A stretch of DNA of 64,000 nt from Octopus vulgaris (lineage: Eukaryota). The stretch covers positions 95,728,001 to 95,792,000 of the forward strand of contig OX597816.1 in NCBI GenBank assembly GCA_951406725.2, given 5' to 3'. The notes beneath the pieces were generated by a model. That model saw nothing but the letters and a program-made list of their open reading frames with translations, did no database searches and had not been told where the DNA came from. Both the position numbers and the translations under genes were made by a program. Shown here one piece after another: positions 13,139 to 27,271 of this stretch; positions within the stretch are counted from its first letter, which is position 1, and each line of letters begins with the position of its first letter.

Positions 13139-13262
13139 AAAAGGGTAAACGTTTTTATTTCTCTTTCCATTTCAGAATTACAACTATTAGTGGTTTGGAG
13201 TTTAGCTGCTCTTTCTAGTGAGTCGGATGTCCTATTATAGACATCCCTTATATGTGTGGAGA

Positions 13263-13339
<77 letters not shown>

Positions 13340-13346
13340 CATATAC

Positions 13347-13406
<60 letters not shown>
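13263..13406. repeat. (TA)n microsatellite
   Basis: Direct reading. Confidence 0.98.
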
Positions 13407-14541
13407 CTAATCAGAATATAAGAATAAAAATCGCGCTAATGATCTTTGCCAAGTAGTCAGCATGCTATAAAAAATGATAGGCAATTAATCGATTAAATTA
13501 ATGATAATATACGTGTGTATATAATTATATCAAGGGTGATCGGGCGAAAACGGCCTTTCTCCAGCATGCTTGAAGTGCCGATACCTTCAAAAACTACCAA
13601 AACCTTCAGCTAAAATATACACGTGACTGAGAGCGGGCTAGTGAGAGAAAATTGAAAAAACCTCACGTTAATTGGGAATTGGTTCCAATTTCTGGATTAA
13701 AGCAAAAAATAGATTTTTCCCTTCGTCAACACAATATGTATATAAAACCCTTAAATACAGTATGGTGACAACTGGAATACTGTTCATTATACGACTGACA
13801 GAACTACGGTTGAACAACACCGTCCGAAGGTTAACAGAAAAAATTCACTGCGCTATCACCTTTGACAGCATGTGTCTCGTGTTTCCTAATGATCACACAC
13901 ACAGTTTTAGATTACAGTCTCTCTTTGACGAAAGTTGATGAAATCAGCATATCCTTCGATCGCACCTAAAACAACAACCTCTAAACATGGCTATCTATTT
14001 ATGGACTGTACAGATATGTAAACAGCACATTTTTTTTTCTTCTGCCATGAAACACATTTTACATCACTTACTGTGAAGACTGTTTACGCCACCAACACCA
14101 CCAAATCATATACAGCCTTCTGGAACTTGGTGTCATCCTACTTTTATATAGGGTAACAGTGCACAGTAGGCTTTTACGTCTGTCTTGTTTCTCATGCATA
14201 TTGAAACATATGACTCTAGTCTCAGTAGAGAATATTGAGGTTGCTCTGGTTTGGTCGATATATGGAAGTTTTCAAAACCACTAGATATATTACTTAATTA
14301 CAAGCTATTTGAATACTGGCAGTAAAATTGGCCTGGAACAGTTGTTTGCTAATTGAAAGATTCATAGAATAATCACTATAGAAATAGAAGTCAACATATG
14401 CAGACAAAAAATATAGATATATATAACAGAACAAAATAAATATTGAAATAAAGAAGAAACGAAACGGCAGATATATCTTGTTGCTCAATATGCTTTCATT
14501 AAAGTTCTCTCTTACTAGATAACTCGCACTTACTAACGTGG

Positions 14542-14545
<4 letters not shown>
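13407..14545 (-). mobile_element. probable degraded Penelope-like element (RT thumb to 3' end)
   Basis: Lies between two (TA)n tracts. Minus-strand fragments VLKTSIYRP (about 14250-14280, cf. TxVYRKP) and LLPYIK (14141-14159) occur in PLE order; no open frame. Confidence 0.4.
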
Positions 14546-14603
<58 letters not shown>

Positions 14604-14790
14604 ATGCGTGCGTGTGCGTGTGTGTGTGTATGCATGTATATGTATAAATATACATAATTATGTGTACCTGAGTGTAATGTATATGTACATTATTTACATG
14701 TAAGAATGTATTTATATATCTACATCTATCTATCTATCTATCTATCTATCTCTATCTATCAATCAATCTATCTATCTATTTATCTATCTA

Positions 14791-14838
<48 letters not shown>

Positions 14839-15649
14839 CTTAATGGCTTGCGGTTATATTTGTTTAATTTTCTAGCTGAATTATTTTCATCATCGATATT
14901 CGCTTTATAAGTTATCCTAAAATATATTTTTTATTTAATATTTTTTTTTTTCAAAATTTCGTGCATTATTTTCATGTTTTTACATATTTGGAAAATGTAA
15001 TCGATTAGAGTTCATATCTATTTCTAGAATAATACTGTGGTTGAGGATCTATATTCAGACATACGTATAAGCATCCAGCACCACAATACACATGCTCTCA
15101 GACACATGTATGTATTCAAACAAATCATTCACTCAGACAGAGATGCGCATGCACAGAGGCATTTAATACTGCTTGCAATACACAAAACTACCCAAAGAGA
15201 TAAAGGAGTATGCATGCATGCATATATGTTTATGTATGCAACTCATGCATATATGCATGTATGTATGTATGCCTGCATGGATGTATGTATTTGTGTATAA
15301 AGGTCGAAGTTTATATATGTGCTTATTTTATAATTTTCTTACTGTAGTAGACACACACAACTACAAACACACACACACGCTCACACTCACACACATACAG
15401 ATAAAATAAATCATTTCTGAAGTTGCTTTCGTAAGAAATGAAAATCGGTAATTAGCTTCCCTTCTTGCGTGTTCTACATACAAAAGTATGCCTACATATA
15501 GGTGTCAGTGCTCATACATACAAACATACATATGTGCATTAGGAAGTATATTCAAAGGTATGCGTGGATATATATATATACGTATATATATATACGTATA
15601 TATATGTATATATATGTATGTTTGCATATGAATGGTGTGTGTGTTTATA

Positions 15650-15699
<50 letters not shown>

Positions 15700-15884
15700 G
15701 GGAGAGAGGTAGATAGATATGCGTATACATACATACATATACATAAACATACTTGTACATAAATTATATATTTATATAGACATGATAGCTTTCGTAGTAC
15801 AATTCATATTTTCTATTATTGGTGCATATATAAGTTAAAGGTAAGACCACATATTATACTCATATTATTAATGGACGTAAGTGT

Positions 15885-16290
15885 GGAGCTGACAAAATCG
15901 TTAGCAGCCTTATTTCCTGCTCATTGCGTTCGGCGTTCAGATTCCACAGAGGTCGACTTTGCCTTTCAGGGTAGAATATATTTATACCAGTTCAATACTG
16001 GGGTTGATGTAACCGGGTTCTTCCTTCCCTCAAAATTGCTGGCCTTGTGAGAAAATTAGAAAAATATATTGATTGAATGATATTGAATTTGCAAAATCGT
16101 TAGAGCATCGGGCAAAATGCTGTGTAGTATTTGTTCAGGTTCTTCACGTTTGGACGTAAAATTTCACCGGGAGAAAATTTGCTTGTCATCCCTTCGATGT
16201 CGATAAAATAATGTATCAGTTAGATACTAATTTCTATATGTAATTAACTAACCCACTTACCTCAAAATTACTGGAGTTGCGCCGAAATTA
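15885..16290 (+). mobile_element. two adjacent decayed SINE family B copies
   Basis: Both start ...CAAAATCGTTAG and carry GAGGTCGACTTTGCCTTT-like cores and CCTCAAAATT.CTGG 3' parts. Confidence 0.75.
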
Positions 16291-16489
16291 GAAAATATTA
16301 TTATTATTTCTTACCTAATACTTCTGAAATATAGATGCACTTAATTCTATTTGACTAATGAAATAATCAAGACATAATAATAGACCCTATATTTAGGCAA
16401 TATTCAAACATGCATTCATTAAACTCTCTATGCCTGCTTGTATACAATTACTCTCAGTCTGGAAGAACACCTAGAATATAACTGTAATG

Positions 16490-17460
16490 CACAAGTCTAT
16501 GAAATGGCTCAATTTAAGTAGGTGAGATCTTCAACAAAACTAAAAGTATCCCTCACAACCTGCATTGTACAAGTGAAAATTTGTATATTACAATGAGATG
16601 CACCAAGTGCACTATATGGGAAAAAAGTTGACAGAAATATTCAAAGATAAAAACAGCCAAAACTTTGAAAGGATAAACTAGTAACAATAAAACACGAATT
16701 TAAAACACTGAATGAAAAAGTTCCTTATTGGAAGAAAAACAGTATTTCTATAACAAGACATCCCTTTTCGAGATCTTAATTTTTTCTGGTCTTCGATGGT
16801 TATATATTATCAAGGAAGAATACTAAACGAACATCGACAAAAGCATTTACAAAGACCATCCAAGCTGCGGAAAGAATGCTTAATGATAAAGCACAAGGAA
16901 GAGACCTAGTAACTAGATACTTGATCACAAGTATGTTGAAGTTCTAAAGAAATCATTAATAAAATTATGTAAAAGAACCACGCAAAACTACATTGCTCTG
17001 CAAACTCGCTTGCCATAGCGCAAACTATTAGCAGAAAGCTACTGGCCCATCCCTTGCCTAGACATTATGTATAAACTTTGCACAAGTTGTATCAACCAAC
17101 TTTTTTGGCTCCAAACTTATTAAGATGCAGGAAATAACAAAGTGAGAGTGGGGAAAGGTGCCGAACAACTTTTGATAAATATATTTGTGCTGTCTGCACA
17201 AATTTGTGAGATATGGCTTCATTAAAGACAAACATTCGATTCTGTTTTTCATGCAAGGTTGCTTCAGACACTACACTTGGTAAAAGTATCTGTTGTCTTA
17301 CATTTGATTAACTACTCTCACACTTGTAACGAAAAATAGAAAGACGTATCTAATGTTATAAATAATTTAACGAGAATATTCCGAGGAGACGATCTGTCTA
17401 TGCTTCTGTTTACTTTGGCATTACATCTACTATCATTTCTTTAATGCAAACCCAGTGGCA
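16490..17460 (+). pseudogene. R4/Dong-like non-LTR retrotransposon RT remnant
   Basis: Fragments YWPIPCLDIMYKLCTSCI (cf. NYRPITCLxxxYKL) near 17040-17095 and IFRGDDLSMLLFTLALHLLS (cf. IFQGDSLSPLLF) near 17377-17436. Confidence 0.65.
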
Positions 17461-17564
17461 GAGTAAAGCTAGGTGTTATGCCAAATTATATTTTTGCTTC
17501 TGTTTTTCTTTATATTGGAACTAGCTATTAGATTATCACTTTTAATATATCTAATTATTTAAAG

Positions 17565-17745
17565 ACAGCGCCGGGCAAAATGTGTTGCAGCATTTCTTCT
17601 GGCACTGAGTTCAAATTTCGCCGGAGTGGACTTTGTCTTTCATCCTTTCGGATTCGAAAAATAAGTACCAAATTAGTACCGGGGGGATGGTTGAAGTAAT
17701 TACCTTATCGCCTTACCCCGAAATTATTGTGTCAAAATCTGAAAC
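17565..17745 (+). mobile_element. SINE family B, diverged
   Basis: GAGTTCAAATTTCGCCGGAGTGGACTTTGTCTTTCATCCTTTCGG matches the family core. Confidence 0.8.
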
Positions 17746-17949
17746 TGATATACCTATTTCACTAAAACTGCTACGTTTTGGCGCGCCATAATATTACTAA
17801 GAGGTGTCATTGTAATATTTAAGATCAACCTTAGGAATGGTTTCTTTCAAACAAAGGATGGAGATACATGACATATTCTTAAAGTGAATTTCTAATTTCT
17901 TTTCTTTTCCTTTTTTTTTTTTTTTTGATAGTTATCAAGTATTCGTTGG

Positions 17950-18750
17950 GTTTCATAATCGTGAAAGCCGGGCGTTCCTAGGGCTGCAAGTAATATCAAA
18001 ATAGGAAACTGAAATTGGAATTTTTAATTTAAATATTTTGACAAAGGTATGGAAATCATTTCGAAAACTTAAGCTTTTTATGGTTAACAATTCCTAAAGA
18101 CCATTCACCATCACCTCTGTAAGGAACTTTTGAAATATTTAAGAACTAAGTATAAAACCGGCTTAAGATAGCTAACCTTACAAAATTAGTAATTTCTGAT
18201 GAATTTCTCACTACTAGACTAACGTCAAATCTAGAAATTGAATTTTAGCAGGGAGTTAATTTCTACTGCTTCATTTCTTTTCCAGCTCTTCCACTGATTC
18301 TATTAAAACGAATATATCGTCCGCGTATATCTAGTTTATAACATATGTTAATGACTTCTGTCCTGGAACGTTGCCAGTCCAGGAGAAGACCCATGACTTC
18401 TCCATCCGATATGTATATAACTTGCGTTGTGGGCTGTGAAAAGGTAATTTTACTATACTGGACACTAATAATTTGTTCAATATATTTGCCGGTTTTATAG
18501 GTGGTTTCATTATTAGATATTTCTATTCATTATTTAATATTGTAATTATTTCTCTACCAATGGAACATTAATAAGCAGGTTTTCCTCTCTTTGCCGAAGG
18601 TGAAGATAATGCTTGCAACGTTATTTCTTTTTTCAAGAAATCTTGGGGAATCTTCAGATGACTGTATACTATTATCTTGCCCTGCATGTTGGTAACGTTA
18701 TCTAATTGTTTAGGTAACTTGCGTGACTGTGAACGAATATGAACAACCAT
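17950..18750 (-). pseudogene. Penelope-like reverse transcriptase remnant
   Basis: Ordered minus-strand motifs SAKRG (cf. ADKG), NNETTYK, YISDGEVMG (cf. QxDGVAMGSP), YADDIFV (about 18308-18332), KIQFLDLT (cf. FLD), MVNGL (cf. NGYP). Confidence 0.6.
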
Positions 18751-19036
18751 GACTCGGAGGGAGTTGTTTTGTTTATCTATTTTCATTGTTCTATAGATAC
18801 TTGTTGCGTTAATTCTGCTTCAGTACAGATCTTATATGCTAATCGGCATAACTATACACTTAGATTATTACATAGACGGTTCTTTATATCTCAATCAATA
18901 CAAAATATAGTAACATGTCCTATATGCACTAAATACGTTGCCCTTGTCTACTATACAGGAGCAACAGCTCATGCTAATATCACTTTACCCATAAAAGTAC
19001 AGTTGTTTCCATATATATATATATATACATATACAA

Positions 19037-19173
19037 AACTATAGATGTCACTAAAGTGACTAAGAGTACTAGTTACCACCAGCTTTGTTAGAAATAAGGG
19101 TTAAAATAACTTTTCTTTGTAGCAACGGTGGTGCTAACTTGTACTATTAGTCACTTTATTGACGTCTAAAGTT
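19037..19173. mobile_element. small MITE-like element with about 45-bp terminal inverted repeats
   Basis: TAGATGTCACTAAAGTGACTAAGAGTACTAGTTACCACC vs reverse complement of the right end TAGACGTCAATAAAGTGACTAATAGTACAAGTTAGCACCACC. Confidence 0.75.
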
Positions 19174-19309
19174 CTGCCTTTCCGTTGTTAATTGCGAATA
19201 AGTCACTTTTATTATTTCATATATATGTTTGCGTGTGTTTGCATATATTAACGCATGTACACTCATACATGCATATTTATATGTATGTGTATATATATAC
19301 ATATACACG

Positions 19310-19441
<132 letters not shown>

Positions 19442-20211
19442 TATGTATATGCATACATAAGTGTATACATATATATGTGTGTGTGTGTATAAAAAGTAAA
19501 AAGTAAAAGTGTCAAAAGGAAAAGTACGGTTAGACGTGTGTGTGTGTGTGTGTGTGTGTATCAACAAACAATGCCACATACACAGATACACACATATACA
19601 CACTCACATGCACATACATACACGTATGAATATAGTAGATATACACACACTGACTTATGAAGCACTAGGTGATATGATTTCCTGCATATGTGAATTTAAT
19701 AAACGGGAGGAACAAATCTCAACTATGCCACTTAATGAAAATATAAAATATTTATCACAGGATGCCACGGGACATCTAGATGTTTCGTTGACTACTCACC
19801 TGGTCAGGCGTTGTTGGACTAATGCCATTTACATGTTTGGCTCTATGATATATATATAGAAATTGCTAATATTACGACTGATTGATGCATAAATCGCAAA
19901 CGAACTGAAAAAGGAAGAGTACATGAAATTAAATCAATGATAAATAATAAATGTCTACGGAAGTAATAGAAGTATTTCATTTCATATAATATATATAAAT
20001 ATGATGATTAGGCTCTTTGAATACACGAGAAGAGACGCATACGAATTTAGACAGTATAATTCTAGTTCATTACAGCAAATCAATGAAATACTATGTGAAA
20101 GACCATTTGGTTTATGTTGATGTTAAAACGTAGCTTACAATTTACATTACATACACAAATTTCAGAACATTGTATGTATGTATGTATGTATGTATGTATG
20201 TATGTATGTAT

Positions 20212-22402
20212 GCGCGTCCGAGTGTGTATGTCATTATTTAGTTATATTTGAAGATTTCTTGCCAATAGAGAAAGAGCCGCTTTCTAACCTAGATCCAAGG
20301 TTCCTTCATTGGAATTTCAACATCAACAACAGGGTATTTTTGTGCGCATGTAAATATCTATATGTGCAGAATTGTATGTTTTGTATTATGTATGTATTTT
20401 CAAGCATATAGTTGCGTAACTAGACATGCTCATATAAATTTAAATGATAAACTTCTGAAAGTTTTATAGAGTTTTACATTTCCAGTGATGGATTGGATCT
20501 GTAGTCTTCAAATTAGTTTTCTCCTTTCTGGTTTTGAGATGCCTAATTTCTCAAGATTGTTATTTAGGCAGTGTGTTACATGTCCAAGGGTCCCAATAAT
20601 TACAGGTATAAACCCGAGCTTGTAATCTGGATAGAGTAAATGCAGATTTCTCAATAGCTCAGCGTAGGTATACTCATTTTCACTGATCTTCAGCTTTATG
20701 TTAACATCCGCTGGGCAGCTAATTCCCACAACTGTACACACATTCCCTTCTCTATTCTAAATCATTATATCAAGTCTGTTGTGCTTTTTTTTTTATCGAG
20801 GTTTTCACTGGGCCATTCTATCAGTACTCCTTTTTATTATGAGTGGCTATAGCTTCTACTATACTGTGGGTTCTCATTTCTTTGTCCTCGGAGTTATCCT
20901 TCTGACGGATTTCATTATATAGTGTCCTAGCTACCACATCATATCTCACCGATAGATAATACCGTGATGACATCAACTACTTATGATGTGGATGATATCT
21001 TCGGTGTTAACTTCACAAAGTCTGCATCGTTCGTCACATTTTACTGCTTTTCCTGCATCTCTGTCCCTTTTGTGCATGAAGTATTTGGTTGATATTTCCT
21101 GATCCTGGATTGCAAACGCGTACTCTTCGAATTGGGAGTTAGTAATCCGGTTATTGGTCCATAATAGAGTGCTTTGATTATCAATGTTACTATCATCTCG
21201 GAGCTTTCTAATAACATATTCATGCATGGTCTTCTGCTCATATATGCTCATCCTTTCATCTGATGATACGTTGCGGTAGAATTGTGCGACTTCTTTGAGC
21301 ATGTATTTAATGTTATCAGACAAGGAATGCTGCTCAAGGAGCTGCCTTAGCCTCATGTATGTAAACCTGGTCAAGGGATACACTTCGACACTTGGTGGTT
21401 AACCGATGTTGCCGAAGGGATATAATACGACAGGCATTCTGGATGAATGTTAAGGCATTTTTGATCAATGTTAAGCCTCTGCCACCTTATTTTCGTTTTA
21501 GGTACAGGCGGTCTATGTCACTGGAAATTATGTGTGCTTGTTAGTTTTTTTTCCGGGTTTTCGCACCAATGGCTCAGATCCTAAGCAGCCCAAATATTGG
21601 TATGAGTACTGGCACAGCAAACACATTAGTAACCCGTGTTTTGTTACAGGTGCCATTGTAAGATATGTTTTCATTCACCGCTAGATACATGTAACATTCC
21701 TCATAAGCTATAAGGAAAACAGTCAAGCTATTGATGGAGATGTTGCTAGTCTGTTTTACTGTTATTTCCCTCTTCACAACCACATAACAACATTTATCCT
21801 TACCAAGCTCCAATCCTGCATCGTTTGAGAATAGAATTTTGTAGCTAGGTCAAGGCTCTTTTTCATTTCTGTGCATATTCTTTGCATTAAGTTTCAAGTC
21901 ATCCACAAAGAAACAGTGTGTAATTTTGGCATTCCTGTTTCCTCGAGAATCAATGAGATATCCTTCGGGCTTCCTTAATATGAATGACAAGAGGTTTACA
22001 AAAAGTATAAACAACATCACAGAGAGGCTGTCCCATTGGAATGTGCCTTTGCGATACTGTATTCTATCAGTGATAATTCATTCACACTTTTTATTTAATT
22101 TCAAAATGGTGGCCGACGATGAAATCAGGCCAGCTATGGCTTTGACTATTCTTATTAGAACTTTAGCAAGTTCAAAGACTTCTAAAACCCATGAGTGGGG
22201 AGCAGAGTCAAAGGCTTTCTTGTAGTCTACCCACGTGGCAACTAGGTTCTCGTATGCTCTCGCACCTCTGACATTATTGCTTTTGTTCATTAGCAGTTGC
22301 TCGGCACATCCCCAGGCAGACTTCTTCCTAGCTGCTTGTTCTCCTGTGATGATGTTATTGGTTTTACAATGATCCTGGAGAAAGAGGTTTAAGCATGCTG
22401 TT
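20212..22402 (-). mobile_element. 5'-truncated R4/Dong-like RLE LINE (RT, CCHC, restriction-like endonuclease, 3' UTR), frameshifted
   Basis: EQAARKKSAWGCAEQLL, WVDYKKAFDSAPHSW, FFVDDLKL, CRLCEVNTEDIIHIISS, FIPVIIGTLG in order; both ends abut (TATG)n. Confidence 0.9.
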
Positions 22403-22407
22403 ATATA

Positions 22408-22443
<36 letters not shown>

Positions 22444-22795
22444 TGTATGTATGTATGTATGTATGTATGTATGTATGTATGTATGCATGTATGTATGTAG
22501 GTTAGAGGTTACTCAGTTACTCTAATATCTACACAACCTTGGTTTTTTTAATTTTATTACGTAAAAAATTCTTATATACACACACTGACATAGAACCAAT
22601 GTTAAACCCCTTATTCGCAAAATTACCGAATCCGGATCTTAACTATGGTCTGTCTATAGCATTTATTCAGCTTTACCTGACACATTTTGGTCTCAATGAC
22701 ACCATTATCTCTTACAACCTCAACTTCTCGCTATTTAGGTATGAATGTATTTATGATTCATGCAAGTATGTATGTATATATGTATTGGTGTGTGT

Positions 22796-22849
<54 letters not shown>

Positions 22850-23022
22850 TTCATGCAAGTATGTATGTATATATGTATTGCTTTTGAAAACGTTATTTTT
22901 TTTTTTTCATAACGTTTTCAAATAGCCGATCCGAAAATGGTGTTGTGGTGTGTGTGTAACATATTGTATAGATAAATTTCTCTATTTATATATAGGTCTC
23001 TTTCTTTTTTTTTATCTTACCG

Positions 23023-23064
<42 letters not shown>

Positions 23065-23068
23065 TATA

Positions 23069-24472
23069 CTAGCAGAGATACCCGGCGTTGCCCGTATTAT
23101 ATACAATTGAAGAATTAGACTTTTCTGTTATATTTTCTCTAATGAACTGGAATATCTATGTTTCGAATTTCATCAAAATTGCAGATCAGAGTTATTTCCC
23201 TCTTTACACACCCCCCAAAAATTGTAATCGTGCCACATATATCCCATACTATTGATTTTTATGCGCATATACCAAAATTCCAGTCTTATTGAACCTGTTA
23301 AAAAGATTTTGCTCCTGAAAAATGAAGGTCATGGAGCTCTAAAATGTGAGAGTTAAGGCCCCTGTTGGGGGTGGGCATCTTAAAGTCAACCAGAGAAGTT
23401 GAATTGTTGAGAATTTTTTTAACTTGGGTCTTATATCTATTGTTTGAATTTCTTTGAAAAAAGAGAGCAAAGCTACAGGAAACCAAAAGACGAATGATCA
23501 CAATAAGCAGTCAGTTACCCTTCCCTAGTCGTTACAACTCCCAATGTAGGATTCCTCACCATCCAGGTGACAGGCACAGCCGTAAGATGCATTACGAATC
23601 TATAGCAATTGAAAGGACATGACCCAACTGAAATCAACATTAACAACTGTGTAACGTGAGGGCTAAGGAGAAATGAAAGATGGAGTTTGCAAATGACCAC
23701 TATACTGATATGTAACTGAACAGGATAAATTTAAAATCTATAAATGTCTTTAAATAACCAGTTACTCATTTTGGGAAGGCCTTGAAATCAATGTTACCAT
23801 CTGAGGACTTTATGAGACCGAGTGATAATAAAATGACTGAAAGGAGGTCTGCAATGAAATAACTTTACTCAACACTTTGCAACTGAATCGGTGGAGGCAA
23901 AGATGCCTCTCATTTACTTGACAATTTATGCAGCACATTGCAGAAATCACAATGTAAGTGTATGTCAAAGCAAACTGAAATAATGCTCAACTTTTATGCT
24001 CGGGTAACCCTACAGCTTCCAAGAGCAAAACTGTATTCGTTTTTGCTTAGATAAAACGACAAAATTGTGGGTGTTAAGTCCCCATAGAGGGGTCTTTATA
24101 ACTTGTAAGAAGATGACTGTGGGCCGGTAGCTGTGTACAGTCGCCCCAATGGCGCCCAGAGCGAGCTCTGCTATCGGTGGGAAGTCATACTGTGCATATT
24201 ACATGTACATCTATATATACATGTATACATATACGGCTATACAATAGAAAGATGTTTTTATTTTACCTTTAACAGGTAATACTGAAATTGTGCAGAAGAC
24301 ATGATATTACTGTGGGCCCGCCCTAGGCAAGATGTTAAATATTTTTTTGCCCATGACACTACATGGACCCTAAGTAAAACATATGTAAAAGTTGAAATTG
24401 GTTGTGTAGTTCTCAAGTTTCAGGGATTCACACAGACAGACAGACACACATTCTCAGTTTTATGTATATAAA
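23069..24472 (-). mobile_element. non-autonomous Helitron-like element
   Basis: Minus-strand 3' end CGGGCAACGCCGGG hairpin-like sequence then CTAG-T at 23069-23094. The other end has (GACA)n followed by TTCTCAGTTTTATGTATATA, the usual 5' layout of such elements. Confidence 0.7.
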
Positions 24473-24489
24473 TGCGTGTGTGTGTCCAA

Positions 24490-24570
<81 letters not shown>

Positions 24571-24572
24571 AG

Positions 24573-24637
<65 letters not shown>

Positions 24638-25064
24638 TAGGCAAAGAACATGCTGTCTCCACTCCAGTATAGAGTGGAGACCGCATTTTTTTTACTATCT
24701 CCCTAACTTCTTGGAGATTTTAGGTAAATTACAATAATGTGTCCATCTGTTCAAATTTAATTAAATTCTATGCCTTTGTGCAGCTGAGGGTTGCTCTGCA
24801 TTTTAAATTGGTGTAATGATTGCATATTTCACTTAAATGGAGTTGCATGAAACGATCGTACCGGATTTAGGTGTCTATAGAATACTTACCAACTCATGCA
24901 CTAATTCAATGAGTAAGCATTTCCTTTCATTGGAAAATTAAATGTTCATCGTCGAAACAGGTTGAGACCTATATATTCACGTAAACAATTATGTGGAGAC
25001 TTGTGTAAATTATATTGTATATAGGTACGTATAAACAAATGATATATATATTATTTATCAATTC

Positions 25065-25895
25065 CTTATAATTGTCGCCACTTTGTATTTTTAATTTCAC
25101 GCAGGCACATTGTTTTTGATTTTGTCTACTACACAGTATAGTAGGGTCAGTTGGGCACCTCTGTGAGAAAAACAGCTCCATAAAGCAATTCACTCAGCCA
25201 GATATTTGGAAACGACATGCTGTGCTGCTTGGCTTTCGCGCCGGAAGCTCCATTACTAACATTTCAGAGTGTTTGGGTGTCAATCTGAGGATAGTACAAA
25301 CCGAGGACATTACCGAGGGTGGTAAAAATCAAACACCCAGTCAACATCATGGTGTTTGGACTGATCACTCATCTTCCCACACAGCCTCAGTCCCAACACG
25401 GAGGCCTACATCAGTGAAGCAGGTAGTGCTGTTCTGGGTCAAGAGGGTGGCTGCTGGAAGATCCTATATCTAGCAACAGGACTCTGCATGATGCCACACA
25501 TGCAGGTGAACCCAGTATTGGCTTTTAGACAATTTCTGCGACCACATCACCCCTAACATCTGGCCATCTAACTCTCTAGGCTGCAACTCCTTTAATTGTT
25601 ATGTGTGAAGCGCATTTGAGCGAGAGACCAACAAAACACCAAAGAAGAATTGAGGCAAGAATTATGGCAGCATTCACCAACTTAAACAAGGAGACCGTGC
25701 AGAAAGAGTTGCAGGAGATTCCGAAGTCGTCTGGAGGCCGTGGTTGAAGCCAATGACGATGTTATTGAATAAACTTACTCTTTAGTATTTCAAGATATTT
25801 TAATGTAATTTTGGTAAATATATCTGTTAAAATGAGACGTCAGTATTATTTTGATTTTTGCGTAATTTAGATGGCAGTTTATTCGCCGCACTCTG
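25065..25895 (+). mobile_element. internally deleted maT/DD37D-like Tc1-mariner element
   Basis: KHPVNIMVFG, QQDSA*CHT...NFCDHITPNIWPSNSLGCNSFNCYV (cf. WPPNSPDLNPLDY); right end CAGTTTATTCGCCGCACTCTG. Confidence 0.8.
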
Positions 25896-26078
25896 TCTAT
25901 GTGTGCGTGTTTGTGAGTGTGTGCGTGTGTGTGTATATACATGCATGTGTATTCATATATATACATTTATACGGATATATCCATGTATATATCTATATAA
26001 ATATATACATATTTACATATTTACATGCATATGCATACATAAATACATACACACACACACACTCACGCACACACATCA

Positions 26079-26139
<61 letters not shown>

Positions 26140-27271
26140 TATATATGCGTATATGTATTAGTGCTTTCATCATATGTCAAAGGTAATGGATGTGTATTAG
26201 AAAATGTACAGCCGTGAGCAGAGGGAATTTAATAATTATCCCAGGAAAATTCAAACCCTATCCAATACAGTACCATTGATAATTTGAAGCACAAAAGAAG
26301 GATGATCGTGTTTTATATATATTCTAAGTCACTTATAGCGTATAAATGTCATAAGATCAGCAACGTGCATCATTTTTCATTTATCCAGAGGATATGAATG
26401 TAATTTCCAGGAAATTAAACTCACTCGTGATAATGGATTATTTTTTTGCAAATAGTTTTGGCATATGAATTGTCAAAGATAGGCATATGTCATTGTTAAA
26501 TTGGCTATTCTTATTGCATACTCATTGTAACTTACAACTTTTTTTTTATCTTTGCAATCATTGAAATATTCCATGAATGCCTTCATCCTTTCTGTGTATA
26601 TAACTCATGAAAATATTAACGTATAATGCAAAACTGAGGCCAGAAATTTATTTATCGGAAAGTTTGGATCATGGAGTACATTATTTACAAGCCTTTGTAA
26701 AATACATATTTAATTTCTCATATTAGCGTAAGCCAGAAATTTAAGTAGTAATTACTATGTCAATGCAATATTAGTTAATAGTAGCCGAGGAAGTAACATG
26801 GTCTATAGAGAGCCAAAATGCTGAATATGCATAAAATCAGGGGATTTGATTAAGTAAGTGGTTGGTATTTGTTGTAGTTACAAACTAGGTACCGATAGCG
26901 TCGACTTTAAAATGCTGAATTTTTAATGAAATTAGACTAAAGATAATACTGTAACATGTTCAGTCTGGCGCCTTTCTTTCAGTAATTTCCAAATCGTTCA
27001 ACTGGGTAACAACAATTGAATGAAGTGGCAGAAGGACAATGGTTAGGTTACTGAGGAGTTAGCTGTCAGATTGTTGGGGTTATCTTGTCACTGAGACTTC
27101 GTGTTTCCTTGGAGAGTGAACCAATTCATCAAGCTATGAGTAGGCTTCATAGGAAAATGTAATAATCTATTTAGCTGTACATAGACACCAAATGATCATA
27201 AAGTCTGCCTAGTTGTAAGTAGGAACCTCGATATGTTTCACATCTAACTGTAAGTACCACTATGATATATA

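Larger units (their letters stand above)
12365..13262 (+). mobile_element. Penelope-like/retrozyme-like element with partial tandem terminal repeats
   Basis: Direct repeats 12494-12790 and 12960-13255 (about 10 substitutions), each with a hammerhead and ending in GCTGCTCTTTCTAG plus a hairpin; bounded by TA/TG microsatellites. Confidence 0.75.
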
